A stretch of DNA of 45,421 nt from assembly GCA_050246915.1 (NCBI GenBank), contig JBFWVD010000044.1, positions 1-45,421 of the forward strand, in the 5' to 3' direction. Positions within the stretch are counted from its first letter, which is position 1, and each line of letters begins with the position of its first letter. This stretch comes from Acidimicrobiia bacterium (GTDB lineage Bacteria > Actinomycetota > Acidimicrobiia > Acidimicrobiales > Ilumatobacteraceae). Positions 1-9,025 of this stretch are shown piece after piece. The translations under genes and the position numbers were made by a program. Below the pieces are notes generated by a model that saw only the letters and a program-made list of their open reading frames with translations, did no database searches and was not told the origin of the DNA.

Positions 1-2
1 AC

Positions 3-134
3 ACCCTGGCCGATCACACCGAAGGCTTCCGCGGCTCACCCCAATACCAGCGCTGGCGCGCACTCCTGCACCACTTCTACGACCCGTTCCCCACGGTCTT
101 GCACTTCGATCCGGTCATCGACGAGCAGCGGTGA
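3..134 (+). CDS. C-terminal 43 codons of a gene that starts upstream of the window (unknown product)
   Basis: Open frame from the window edge to TGA at 132-134 with high GC at third codon positions. Too short to assign a function. Confidence 0.35.
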   Translation, partial: TLADHTEGFRGSPQYQRWRALLHHFYDPFPTVLHFDPVIDEQR

Positions 135-143
135 CGGGACCCA

Positions 144-1346
144 TCACTGGTGCAGTCGACGGGCGCCGAACCCATACAGCAGCACGACCGTCGTGGCGCA
201 TCCTGCCGCCATGAGGCCAGGCGCGACGATGCCCCATTCGTCATAGGCACGAGTGGCGACGATGGCCGAGATCCCGCGACCGACGGTCCCGAGGCCGACG
301 GCAAGACCGATTGACGATGCTCGAGCGGTAGGCATGATCTCACCGATGAGGGGTATGCCCGAGACGATGGCGTACTCGAAGGCCAGGAAGTACACCGCTA
401 TGAGCACGATGCCGGCCACCACCGAGTGGTCGGCAAATCCGAGGGCACATCCGACCGGAGCCATCACTGCCGCGCCGAACACCACCGAGCGCCGTTTGCC
501 GACGCGGTCGGTGAACCGCATCGAGCCGAGCGACGCCATGAGTTCAGCGAGGCCGAGGGTGGTGGCGGTCACCGCCACTTGCACGGTCGACATGCCGAAA
601 CTGTCCTGGAACCACGCTCCGAAGACCACGAACACACAGTTGGCGGCCGTCATCAGCACACCGAAGCCGATGTACACCGGCCACCCGACGCGCAGCATGG
701 CCTTCACCGACCGGCCCTCGGATCGATGTGCCACGCGAGCGGGAGCATCGGCGATGTGGCGATGGACGAGCCATGAGCATTGCGCGCCGACGATGGCCAT
801 GATGGCGAACGCCACTCGCCACGAGGACACCGCGGTGACGATGCCGAGCAACGGGACGGCCACCAACATCGCCAGCGCCCACGAGGTCTCGGTGAACCCG
901 GTGATCTGCGAACGCCGCTCGTAGGCGACGCGATCGGCGATCCACGCACCCATCGCCGAGTCGAACACGATCTTGCCGACGCAGATCATGGTGAAGGCAA
1001 CGGCGAACACCGCGACGTTGGGGCTGGCGGCCGCGAGGGCGGCGGCGGTGGCCACCATGGCCAGTCCTGCCACCATGGCGCGCCGTCGCGGTTGACGATC
1101 CACGGCTCGACCGACCGCTGGGGCCGTCACTCCCGAGAGTTCGCCCACGGACAGCGCAACACCCATGTCACCCAACGACACCCCGAGCCCGCGACCGATG
1201 ATGGCGATGAACGGACCACTGAAACGCAGCGTGGCGTTGGCCGCCCATCGGGCACCGGTGAGAACAGTGACCGCACCGAGCACCTCATCGGAATGATCGT
1301 CGTCGAGGAGGCGCGCCGCGATGCGGCCCTTGCCTTGCTGACTCAC
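144..1346 (-). CDS. MFS-type membrane transporter
   Basis: 400-aa ORF with about 12 hydrophobic helices, Gly/Ala-rich, typical MFS layout, and high GC3 coding bias. Confidence 0.75.
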   Translation of the reverse strand: MSQQGKGRIAARLLDDDHSDEVLGAVTVLTGARWAANATLRFSGPFIAIIGRGLGVSLGDMGVALSVGELSGVTAPAVGRAVDRQPRRRAMVAGLAMVATAAALAAASPNVAVFAVAFTMICVGKIVFDSAMGAWIADRVAYERRSQITGFTETSWALAMLVAVPLLGIVTAVSSWRVAFAIMAIVGAQCSWLVHRHIADAPARVAHRSEGRSVKAMLRVGWPVYIGFGVLMTAANCVFVVFGAWFQDSFGMSTVQVAVTATTLGLAELMASLGSMRFTDRVGKRRSVVFGAAVMAPVGCALGFADHSVVAGIVLIAVYFLAFEYAIVSGIPLIGEIMPTARASSIGLAVGLGTVGRGISAIVATRAYDEWGIVAPGLMAAGCATTVVLLYGFGARRLHQ

Positions 1347-1400
1347 GGTGTGGTGCTCACAGTGTTGAGCTCACGCTGTTGAGCTCACAGAGGGTTGGGC

Positions 1401-2162
1401 TCACAGGGCGCGTCGGTCGTTCAAGAACGGAAAGCGTGACCGCACCGATGCCACGTGCTCGGGATCCATGTCGGCCACCAGCAACGCCTCGATGGCATGC
1501 GCGGTGGCCAACTCGACACCGAGCGGGTCGATGATGCGCGAGTCACCGCTGTAGCTCAAGCCGCCACCTTCGCCGACGCGGTTCACACCCACTACGTATG
1601 CCTGGTTCTCGATGGCCCGGGCCCGCAACAAGGCCATCCAATGCTCACGTCGCGACTCGGGCCAGTTGGCCACCACCACATAGCAATCGGTGTCGCCAGC
1701 CATGTCCCAGAAGGCGTTGGCGAAGCGGAGGTCGTAGCAGACGAACGGCGTGATGCGCACCCCGTCGATGGTGAGCGTCATGCGCTCGTCACCGGCATCG
1801 TAGAGCTGATCTTCCTTGGCGTAGCTGAACGGATGGAGCTTGGCGTAACGATGCACACGGCCATCGGGGGCCACGATGGTGAACACGTTCTGAGGCCGTC
1901 CACCACTTCGGCTGGTCGGGATCGATCCGCCGATCCACATCCCGGAACGATGAGCCTGCTCGTGCATCCACACGGTGGTCGGCCCATCGAGCGGTTCGCT
2001 GATCCGCTCTGCCGCCATGGAGAACCCGGTGGCGAACATCTCGGTCACCAATGCCAACGTCGCTCCGGCGTCGGCCGCTCGGGCCAACGGCTCCACCAAC
2101 GAGGCGCGCGTCGTGGCCGGATCCTCCCACGCGATGTCGTGCTGCACGGCGGCGATCTTCAT
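1401..2162 (-). CDS. Carbon-nitrogen hydrolase (nitrilase superfamily, omega-amidase/Nit2-like)
   Basis: 253 aa. N-terminus MKIAAVQ is the usual CN-hydrolase start; the catalytic Cys context CYDLRF and size fit the omega-amidase branch. Confidence 0.8.
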   Translation of the reverse strand: MKIAAVQHDIAWEDPATTRASLVEPLARAADAGATLALVTEMFATGFSMAAERISEPLDGPTTVWMHEQAHRSGMWIGGSIPTSRSGGRPQNVFTIVAPDGRVHRYAKLHPFSYAKEDQLYDAGDERMTLTIDGVRITPFVCYDLRFANAFWDMAGDTDCYVVVANWPESRREHWMALLRARAIENQAYVVGVNRVGEGGGLSYSGDSRIIDPLGVELATAHAIEALLVADMDPEHVASVRSRFPFLNDRRAL

Positions 2163-2205
2163 CGGGTGATCCCTTCCATCTCTACGCGACGCACGGCCCT
2201 CGCCA

Positions 2206-3372
2206 TCACGACGGTCGCTTCATCGCTGCGAGTCGCTCGGCGGCCTGCGTCAACACCGATTGACGCTTGCAGAACGCGAAACGCACCAGCGGTGCCCCGA
2301 CCTGCTTGTCGTCATAGAACACATTCACCGGGATGGCCACCACACCAGCCATCTCGGGCAGCCGGCGACAGAACTCGAAGCCGTCGTCGAAGCCGAGGGG
2401 CCGCACGTCGGTCGTCACGAAGTACGTCGCGTCGGACTGGAACACCTCGAAGCCCGCAGCCCGCAAGCCGCCGCACAGCAGGTCTCGCTTGGCCTGCAGA
2501 TCGCTGGCCAGTGCGTGGAAGTACTCATCGGGCAAGGCCAGCGCGTCGGCAACCGCGTACTGGAATGGGCCGCTGCCCACGTAGGTCAGGAACTGCTTCA
2601 CCGTACGAGCGGCGGCCACGAGTTCGGCCGGGCCGCAGAGCCAGCCGACCTTCCAACCGGTGCAGTTGAAGGTCTTGCCGGCCGAACCGATGGTGAGGCA
2701 GCGCTCACGGATACCCGGATAGCTCGACAGGCTCCGGTGAGGAACACCGAAGGTGAGGTGCTCGTACACCTCGTCACACACCACGTACAGGTCCCGCTCG
2801 ACGCACAGCTCGGCGATGGCGGCCAACTCCGCCTCGGTGGCGACGTGCCCGGTGGGGTTGTGGGGGCTGTTGAACAACAGCATGCGGGTGTTGTCGGTGA
2901 TGGCATCGCGCAAAGCATCCACGTCGAACCCGAAGTGCGGCGGACGCATGGTGATCGGACGTCGGATCGCTCCGGCCAGCGCAATGGTGGCCGCATAGGA
3001 GTCGTAGAACGGCTCGAAGGCGACGACCTCGTCACCGGGCTCGCACAACGCCATGACCGCAGACGCGATGGCCTCGGTGGCGCCGACGGTGATGAGCACC
3101 TCGGTGTCGGGGTCGTAGTCGAACCCGTACCAATGCCGTTGGTGGTTGCTCACGGCCACCCGCAACGCCGCGATCCCCGGGCCTGGCGGGTACTGGTTGT
3201 GGCCTGCGCCGATGGCAGCAACCGCCGACGCCAGCAGCTCGGGTGGGCCGTCGGAGTCGGGGAAGCCCTGACCGAGGTTGATCGAGCCGGTCCGCGTGGC
3301 CAACTCGCTCATCTCGGCAAAGATCGTCGTGCCGAAACCTTGGAGATGGCGGGCGAGTGCTGGCCTGGTCAT
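2206..3372 (-). CDS. PLP-dependent class I aminotransferase (kynurenine/glutamine transaminase-like)
   Basis: 388 aa. SAGKTFNCTGWKVGW contains the Lys of the class-I aminotransferase PLP site; NPTG motif is present. Confidence 0.8.
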   Translation of the reverse strand: MTRPALARHLQGFGTTIFAEMSELATRTGSINLGQGFPDSDGPPELLASAVAAIGAGHNQYPPGPGIAALRVAVSNHQRHWYGFDYDPDTEVLITVGATEAIASAVMALCEPGDEVVAFEPFYDSYAATIALAGAIRRPITMRPPHFGFDVDALRDAITDNTRMLLFNSPHNPTGHVATEAELAAIAELCVERDLYVVCDEVYEHLTFGVPHRSLSSYPGIRERCLTIGSAGKTFNCTGWKVGWLCGPAELVAAARTVKQFLTYVGSGPFQYAVADALALPDEYFHALASDLQAKRDLLCGGLRAAGFEVFQSDATYFVTTDVRPLGFDDGFEFCRRLPEMAGVVAIPVNVFYDDKQVGAPLVRFAFCKRQSVLTQAAERLAAMKRPS

Positions 3373-3440
3373 GGTTCCGAGACTACGAGGGCTGCCGACG
3401 CGTTGACGTCTTGGCGCCCGGCCCGGAGATCTTCGGATCG

Positions 3441-4871
3441 TCAGGAAGTGATCAGCTTGGATGCCGTGGTGAGCTTGTCGCCCGTCACCGCCGCCTTGGA
3501 CCCAGTAGTGGCCACGATGGTCACGGGCACCAGCTCGCCGGAGTCGAGCCGGACGGCATCGACGCCGCCCTCGAGATGCACGATGGCCAGCGCGTCGACG
3601 ATCAGGGTATTCGACGCCATCGCAACGGTGAGGCTCACGGTCAGCGGCACCGGTGTGACGGTGATCGCAGGTGCCTTGTCGAACGTGGCGATGGCGATGC
3701 GACCGTTGGCCGGATCGTTCACAATGACCGCGATCGTCACCGGCACCGCTGACCGGTCGGGCAAGCGAGCTTGCATCTTGTCGCCGACGTGGAGATGGGG
3801 CGACAGGGCGTCAGTGACCGCGATCTCCGCCACGATGTCGGTGGATCGCACGGTGAGCACCTCGGTGCCGTCGCTGATCGATGACCCGGCCGCGAGTGAC
3901 GCCGACTCGACGACCACTGGCGTCGGCGAGAACACGACGTCGCCCAGTGCGACCACGCCGGTACTCGAGAGACCGCGAGACTCCTGCCACGCCGTCACGG
4001 CGGTCTTGGTCGACGCGTCGAAGTGCGTGTCGATCGTTCCAGGATCAAAACCTGCGGCGGACAGCGCCGTTTCCAGTTGCTGCACATCGGCGCCATCGCT
4101 CACGCCACTGTTCAACGTGCGATAGGCTCCGATCGATCCGGGCAGCAAGATCGTGGGCACGTCGTCCGCCGAGTACAGCGTCGATCCGAAGTCGATCCGC
4201 TCCCCCGACTTGGCGATCGAGGTGAGGACGAACGACTTGGGACTCGAAACGCTGCGGGCCGCAGCGCCACCTGGTGCAGCACCGGCGCCGCCCGTCACGC
4301 CGGCACCGCCGGTCTGGGTCGCCGGGGCCTGGGTTGCCGGTGTGGTGCTCACGGTTGTGGTCGGGCTCAGGGGCGTCGTCGTCTCGGTCGGGGCCGACGT
4401 GTCGGTCGGGGCCGTCGTACTCGTGGGACCTGGCGTCGCGGACGAGTCCGTCGGAGGATCGCCTTCGGCCGCGGCGGTGATGCCTGCCGCTACAACGGCG
4501 TTGCCTCCGCCCGCGTTCGCCGCGCCCGCGTTGGCAGCAGCGCTGGACGTGACCACCTGATCGGACTGATGCGAGATGACCCATGTCGTGGCCGCTCGCA
4601 ACGTGCCCCTGGTCGACAACGTCTCGGTGAGATCACCGCGGGTCACGGCACTGGACTTCGAGGCGATGCTCGCTGGTGCTTGCGCGGCGGTGGTGGTCGA
4701 TGCGGCACCGTCGACCATCGGCGTCGCGGACGTCGCTGCTGCGGGTGTCGATGTCGATGTGGATTCCTGGGCCACCGATCGGCCCACGACGAAGACGCCG
4801 GACACCACCACTGCTGCCAGCACCGCGACGATGCCGGCCGGGACCCCGATGCGAGAGTTCGATCGCGTCAT
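3441..4871 (-). CDS. HlyD-like membrane-fusion protein (MFP) periplasmic adaptor with inserted peptidoglycan-binding domain (paralog 2)
   Basis: Start chosen at MTRSNS (ATG 4871), 1 nt after the permease stop. N-terminal TM helix, Ala/Thr/Pro-rich linker, PG_binding_1-like segment (QQLETALSAAGFDPGTIDTHFDASTKTAVTAWQ), then beta-rich MFP-like C-terminus. Confidence 0.6.
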   Translation of the reverse strand: MTRSNSRIGVPAGIVAVLAAVVVSGVFVVGRSVAQESTSTSTPAAATSATPMVDGAASTTTAAQAPASIASKSSAVTRGDLTETLSTRGTLRAATTWVISHQSDQVVTSSAAANAGAANAGGGNAVVAAGITAAAEGDPPTDSSATPGPTSTTAPTDTSAPTETTTPLSPTTTVSTTPATQAPATQTGGAGVTGGAGAAPGGAAARSVSSPKSFVLTSIAKSGERIDFGSTLYSADDVPTILLPGSIGAYRTLNSGVSDGADVQQLETALSAAGFDPGTIDTHFDASTKTAVTAWQESRGLSSTGVVALGDVVFSPTPVVVESASLAAGSSISDGTEVLTVRSTDIVAEIAVTDALSPHLHVGDKMQARLPDRSAVPVTIAVIVNDPANGRIAIATFDKAPAITVTPVPLTVSLTVAMASNTLIVDALAIVHLEGGVDAVRLDSGELVPVTIVATTGSKAAVTGDKLTTASKLITS

Positions 4872-4872
4872 G

Positions 4873-6087
4873 TCAGCTCGCTCGCAATGCTTCGGTGGGG
4901 GACAAGTTGGCGGCACGCGCCGCGGGATAGAGACCGGCGATCGCACCGATCACCAACGCCGCGCCAACGCCGCCGAGCGCGGCCGGCCACGGCAACACGA
5001 CCTTCCAATCCTTGATCTGCGAGTACACGACCGTCGTCAGCGCTCCGAGACCGACTCCGACAACACCACCGATACCGGCCAGCACCAGCGACTCGGTGAG
5101 GAACTGGCGGCGGATGTGCGGGCGCGTGGCGCCGAGCGCGCGTCGCAGACCGATCTCGTTGCGTCGCTCGATGACGGCGATGACCATCACGTTGGCGATG
5201 CCGATGCCTCCGACCAGCAAGGCCACGGCGCCGAGGCCGAGGAACAGCGAGGTGAAGGTCTCGTCCACCTTGGCCTGCGCCTCGAGCACATCAGAGGGAC
5301 GGGCCACCGTGACCTCTTGCGGATTCTCGGGGCTCACCGTGAGGGGGAGCACGCCCCGCACATCGTTGATGAACTCCGGGACCGCTCGGATGTACAGACG
5401 ACTGGGCGCGTTGGTGACGCCGAGATAGGTCACGGCAGCGTCGACGCCGACCAGCGCCGCCCGATCGAGATCGGGCGCCAGAGGGAACGCATCAAGCGTT
5501 CCGATGACGGTGAACCAGGTCCCATCGAGCAACAACTGTTGACCGAAGTCCACCGAGGTGATGCCGAGCCGCTCCGCCGCGATCTGTCCCAGCACGACGG
5601 TCGGATACTGACTCGTCGCCGTGTTGAACCAGCTCCCCGTGGCCACCTTGCCGTTCAGCGCTTCGAGCAGATTGGCATCCGTGGCGATCACCTTCACGCC
5701 CTCGGTCTGCGATGCGTTGATCGCAGCATTGAGCAGCACGGTGGCCGAGGAGTCGATGACCGACGTAACGCTCTGCACCGGCGCGATGCGGTTCACCTTC
5801 GCAGCAGCATCGGCCGGGAAGGTCCCCGTGGATCCACCGAAGCCGGTGCCGGGCGCAACGGTGAGGAGGTTCGTGCCGAGCGTGGCGATCTCTGCTTTGA
5901 GGTTGGCACTGCTCGACTTCGACAATCCGAGGACGCCCACCAACGCAGCGATGCCGATCGAGATGCCGAGCGCCGACAATGCCGTACGGAGCTTGCGGGT
6001 GCGCAGGCCCGACGATCCAGTCCGAGCCACGTCCAGTGCCCGGAGGCGACTGGAGGGGATCTGATCGACAGCGGTGCGACGGGTCAT
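4873..6087 (-). CDS. ABC transporter permease, MacB/FtsX family
   Basis: 404 aa. N-terminal TM helix, large periplasmic domain, three C-terminal TM helices (FtsX fold). ATGA overlap with the upstream ATPase gene. Confidence 0.8.
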   Translation of the reverse strand: MTRRTAVDQIPSSRLRALDVARTGSSGLRTRKLRTALSALGISIGIAALVGVLGLSKSSSANLKAEIATLGTNLLTVAPGTGFGGSTGTFPADAAAKVNRIAPVQSVTSVIDSSATVLLNAAINASQTEGVKVIATDANLLEALNGKVATGSWFNTATSQYPTVVLGQIAAERLGITSVDFGQQLLLDGTWFTVIGTLDAFPLAPDLDRAALVGVDAAVTYLGVTNAPSRLYIRAVPEFINDVRGVLPLTVSPENPQEVTVARPSDVLEAQAKVDETFTSLFLGLGAVALLVGGIGIANVMVIAVIERRNEIGLRRALGATRPHIRRQFLTESLVLAGIGGVVGVGLGALTTVVYSQIKDWKVVLPWPAALGGVGAALVIGAIAGLYPAARAANLSPTEALRAS

Positions 6088-6887
6088 CGCGATCCACCGA
6101 TCGAGGACCGCGGGGCACGCACGTGTGTGGCGATGTCGGTGGCGATCTCGTCGGCCGTGAACTCATCGGCCACGATGCGGCCGTCACGGAACACGACCCG
6201 CCGACCGATCCGGGAGGCCAGATCGTTGTCGTGCGTGATGATCACAATGGTCGATCCCTCATCGTGCAGCTCACCAAGGAGTTCGATGATCGACGCGCTG
6301 GTCTTGGAGTCGAGCGCGCCCGTGGGTTCATCGGCGAGCACCAACGATGGACGGCCCACGATGGCGCGCGCGATGGCGACGCGTTGCTTCTCGCCTCCGG
6401 AGAGTTGGTTGGGTCGATGCCCCATGCGATGCGAGAGCCCCACCCGACGCAACGCCTCGAAGGCCCGCGCTCGCCGATCGTGGATGGCCATCCCGGTGTA
6501 CAGCAGCCCGTTGGCGACGTTGTCGAGCGCGTTCTCGCCCTCCATCAAAAAGAAGTGTTGGAACACGAAACCCACGAGGTTCGCCCGCACCGCAGACAGG
6601 CGCCGGTCCGACATGTCCGAGACGAGATGGCCGGCGATGCGCACGTCGCCCGACGTCGGCCGGTCCAGCGTTCCAACGATGTTGAGCAATGTGGACTTGC
6701 CTGATCCGGATGGACCCACGATGGCGATCATCTCGCCGGAGTCGACTCGCAGCGACACGTCGTCGAGCGCCACGACCGGAGGATTGCCCGGATAGATCTT
6801 GGACACCCCGGCCAACTCGAGCGCGGCTGGGACGTCACCGGAGTGCGGATCGGCCGCGTGGACCGCGAGCGCGTCCGACGCACTCAT
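6084..6887 (-). CDS. ABC transporter ATP-binding protein (MacB-type ATPase)
   Basis: Walker A GPSGSGKST, signature LSGGEKQRVAIARA, Walker B LVLADEPTGALD, H-loop. Confidence 0.9.
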   Translation of the reverse strand: MSASDALAVHAADPHSGDVPAALELAGVSKIYPGNPPVVALDDVSLRVDSGEMIAIVGPSGSGKSTLLNIVGTLDRPTSGDVRIAGHLVSDMSDRRLSAVRANLVGFVFQHFFLMEGENALDNVANGLLYTGMAIHDRRARAFEALRRVGLSHRMGHRPNQLSGGEKQRVAIARAIVGRPSLVLADEPTGALDSKTSASIIELLGELHDEGSTIVIITHDNDLASRIGRRVVFRDGRIVADEFTADEIATDIATHVRAPRSSIGGSR

Positions 6888-7984
6888 GCCGGGACCACGA
6901 TCTGATCGCCGGCAGCAACCTTGCCGGTGATCTGCACATAGCCATCGACATACATGCCCGTCTTCACGCCGACGAACTTCGATGTCCCATCGCTGTTGCG
7001 GACCTCGACAGCGAGACCGCCCTCGGCCAGCGCCACCAGCGCCCGCGTCGGCACGGTCACGACACCGAGCGCGCTCTGGTCGACCAGTTTCACGGTGACC
7101 GGACCTTCGATTGCGGTAGCCGGATCTACCTCCGCGGTGATCTTCACCGCCACTGACGGTGAGCTGTTGGGTCCGGTCGCCGCTGATGCGACCGAGCCGA
7201 CGCTGGCGACCTTCCCGGTCGCCGTGGTCGTGGCATCGGCCAACGTGATGTCGACTGCGTCATCCACATTGAACTTCTCCATCTCCGACACCGGGATGGC
7301 CAATGACACCGTCGGCGCGGCGAGGGTCTGCAACTCGGCCAGCGATCCACCGCTGCGCACGGCCTCGCCGACCGTCGGTGTCTGGCTGACGATGGCGCCA
7401 CTCGGGACCACCGCCACGAGCGACTTCGCCACAGCACCGTTCGCGGTGACACCGAGCGCTGTCTGCCAACGCTTCACCGCGGCCGTCGTGGCCGACGTCC
7501 ACGTCTGGTCCACCACGATCTTGTTGTTCGGGTCGAAACCCGCGGTGACGAGATAGCCCTCGATCAGTTCGATGTCGGCACCGGCGGCGCTGGTTGACGA
7601 GAGGTCCCGCCAGATCGGAACCGTTCCTTCGATCACCGTGATCGGCGAGGCGTCGATGCGGGCCAACACCATCCCGGTGGTCAGCTTGGTACCGACCGGC
7701 ACGATCTCGGTGAGGGTTCCGCTCGATGCCGCCGAGACGGTGAGCGATCCGTTCACCGTCAACGTGCCCGAGTACGAGAGGTACGTCCGTAGATCGCGCG
7801 TCTCTGCCTTGACGACGGTGGTCGCGGCCTTCTTCACGACTGCGTCGTCGGAGTTCGTGGAGTCGCGGATGGCCGACACTCCTGCCATCGCCCCGGCACC
7901 GAGCACGAACGCGGCGAGCGCGATCGGCCAACGGCGTCGGGGCTTGGGCAGGAAGTCGGCCAGCGATTGACCGTCCGCGCTCAT
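6884..7984 (-). CDS. HlyD-like membrane-fusion protein (MFP) periplasmic adaptor with inserted peptidoglycan-binding domain (paralog 1)
   Basis: Start chosen at MSADGQ (ATG 7984-7982), which gives an ATGA overlap with the lipoprotein stop. TM helix, PG_binding_1-like segment (IELIEGYLVTAGFDPNNKIVVDQTWTSATTAAVKRWQ), beta-rich MFP domains. Stop overlaps the ATPase start (ATGA). Confidence 0.65.
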   Translation of the reverse strand: MSADGQSLADFLPKPRRRWPIALAAFVLGAGAMAGVSAIRDSTNSDDAVVKKAATTVVKAETRDLRTYLSYSGTLTVNGSLTVSAASSGTLTEIVPVGTKLTTGMVLARIDASPITVIEGTVPIWRDLSSTSAAGADIELIEGYLVTAGFDPNNKIVVDQTWTSATTAAVKRWQTALGVTANGAVAKSLVAVVPSGAIVSQTPTVGEAVRSGGSLAELQTLAAPTVSLAIPVSEMEKFNVDDAVDITLADATTTATGKVASVGSVASAATGPNSSPSVAVKITAEVDPATAIEGPVTVKLVDQSALGVVTVPTRALVALAEGGLAVEVRNSDGTSKFVGVKTGMYVDGYVQITGKVAAGDQIVVPA

Positions 7985-8772
7985 GACGTGGTCGTGGTGG
8001 TGGTCGACCCCTGGGCTGCTTGGAACGCGTCGGTGAGGATCGGCTGGCACTTGGTCAGCGCTGCGGTCACCGCCGGGTCACTCGTATCGAGCCCGAGGGC
8101 CTCGGCGATGCGCGCCGAGGGATCGCCCCCGGGTCCACGCTCGCCGCGGGCCGCGCCGTCGGGCGGTGGGCCATCGGGCGGTGCACCGTCAGCGGGAGGC
8201 CCACCGGCCGGCCCTGATCCGTTGGCAGCCGCAGAGCCGCCCGCCACCGTCGAAACCGTTGCTCCATTGGCCGTCCCGCCCGGTCGGCCGCCGCCGGGTC
8301 CCGGGAGCGTCAGGTCGCCGACGTCGAGACCCTCGCCCCGGAGGCAATCGCTGAACTTCACCATGGCGTCTTGGATCTCGGTCGAGTTGGCGAACCCACC
8401 GCGCCCGCCGCCGAACGTGACGCCCTCGATCAAGCTGGCACACGCGGTCCGGGCCGTCTCGAACTCGGGATCGGAGCGAAGATCGCCACCGCCGGCACCC
8501 GGGGTGAACAGCCGGACGTTGCCGTCGGAGTCAACGGTCGGGTCAGCGAAGCTCTCGACCCCGTTGTCCCGCATGCACTTCGCATAGGCGAGAGCTTTGT
8601 CCTCGGTGAGCTTGGAACCATCGGTGGCCAACGTGCTCACCGTCGAGCCGTCGGTCCCATCCGTGGTGAGTGTGGCGATGCCGGCGGTCTTGGTACCACC
8701 GCCGCCACACCCGACGAGCAAGACCGCGGCGAGCACGCCACTGGCAATGGTTCCGGCAGGACGCAGGGGCAT
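7981..8772 (-). CDS. Secreted lipoprotein with three Cys-containing repeat motifs (unknown function)
   Basis: Start chosen at MPLRPAG (ATG 8772-8770) with GAGGAG RBS about 8 nt upstream. Lipobox LLVGC. Repeated motif K(A/F)xxCMRDNGV..FADP / FSDCLRGEGLDV / LTKCQPIL, Gly/Pro low-complexity tracts. First gene of the ABC operon. Confidence 0.6.
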   Translation of the reverse strand: MPLRPAGTIASGVLAAVLLVGCGGGGTKTAGIATLTTDGTDGSTVSTLATDGSKLTEDKALAYAKCMRDNGVESFADPTVDSDGNVRLFTPGAGGGDLRSDPEFETARTACASLIEGVTFGGGRGGFANSTEIQDAMVKFSDCLRGEGLDVGDLTLPGPGGGRPGGTANGATVSTVAGGSAAANGSGPAGGPPADGAPPDGPPPDGAARGERGPGGDPSARIAEALGLDTSDPAVTAALTKCQPILTDAFQAAQGSTTTTTTS

Positions 8773-9025
8773 AGGGGCTCCTCGGTATGACCCCCGGCAT
8801 GGGGGCGTTCGACGTCGATCGCTGGGCGACGCATGGCACTGTGCCGACCGATGGTGAGAGCCAGTGAAGAACTCCAGAAAAGACCCCAACTTCTTGCCGA
8901 AAGTCCCCCTTCCCATTCCCCGGGCCGAGGAGTAGACCAACTGGTCGGAGCGCCGGGAAGTCTGGTCGGCACACAATCCACGGGCGTCCGTCACCTCGGC
9001 GGACACAGGGCGTCAAGGAGTCGGC

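Noticed and set aside
2260-4125. 621-aa + strand ORF
   Set aside because: It is antisense to the aminotransferase and MFP genes, with Arg/Gly/His-rich composition typical of a high-GC reverse-strand artefact and no domain signature.
4576-6795. 739-aa + strand ORF
   Set aside because: It is antisense to the ABC permease and ATPase genes, which have unambiguous motifs, and it shows junk R/D/G-rich composition.
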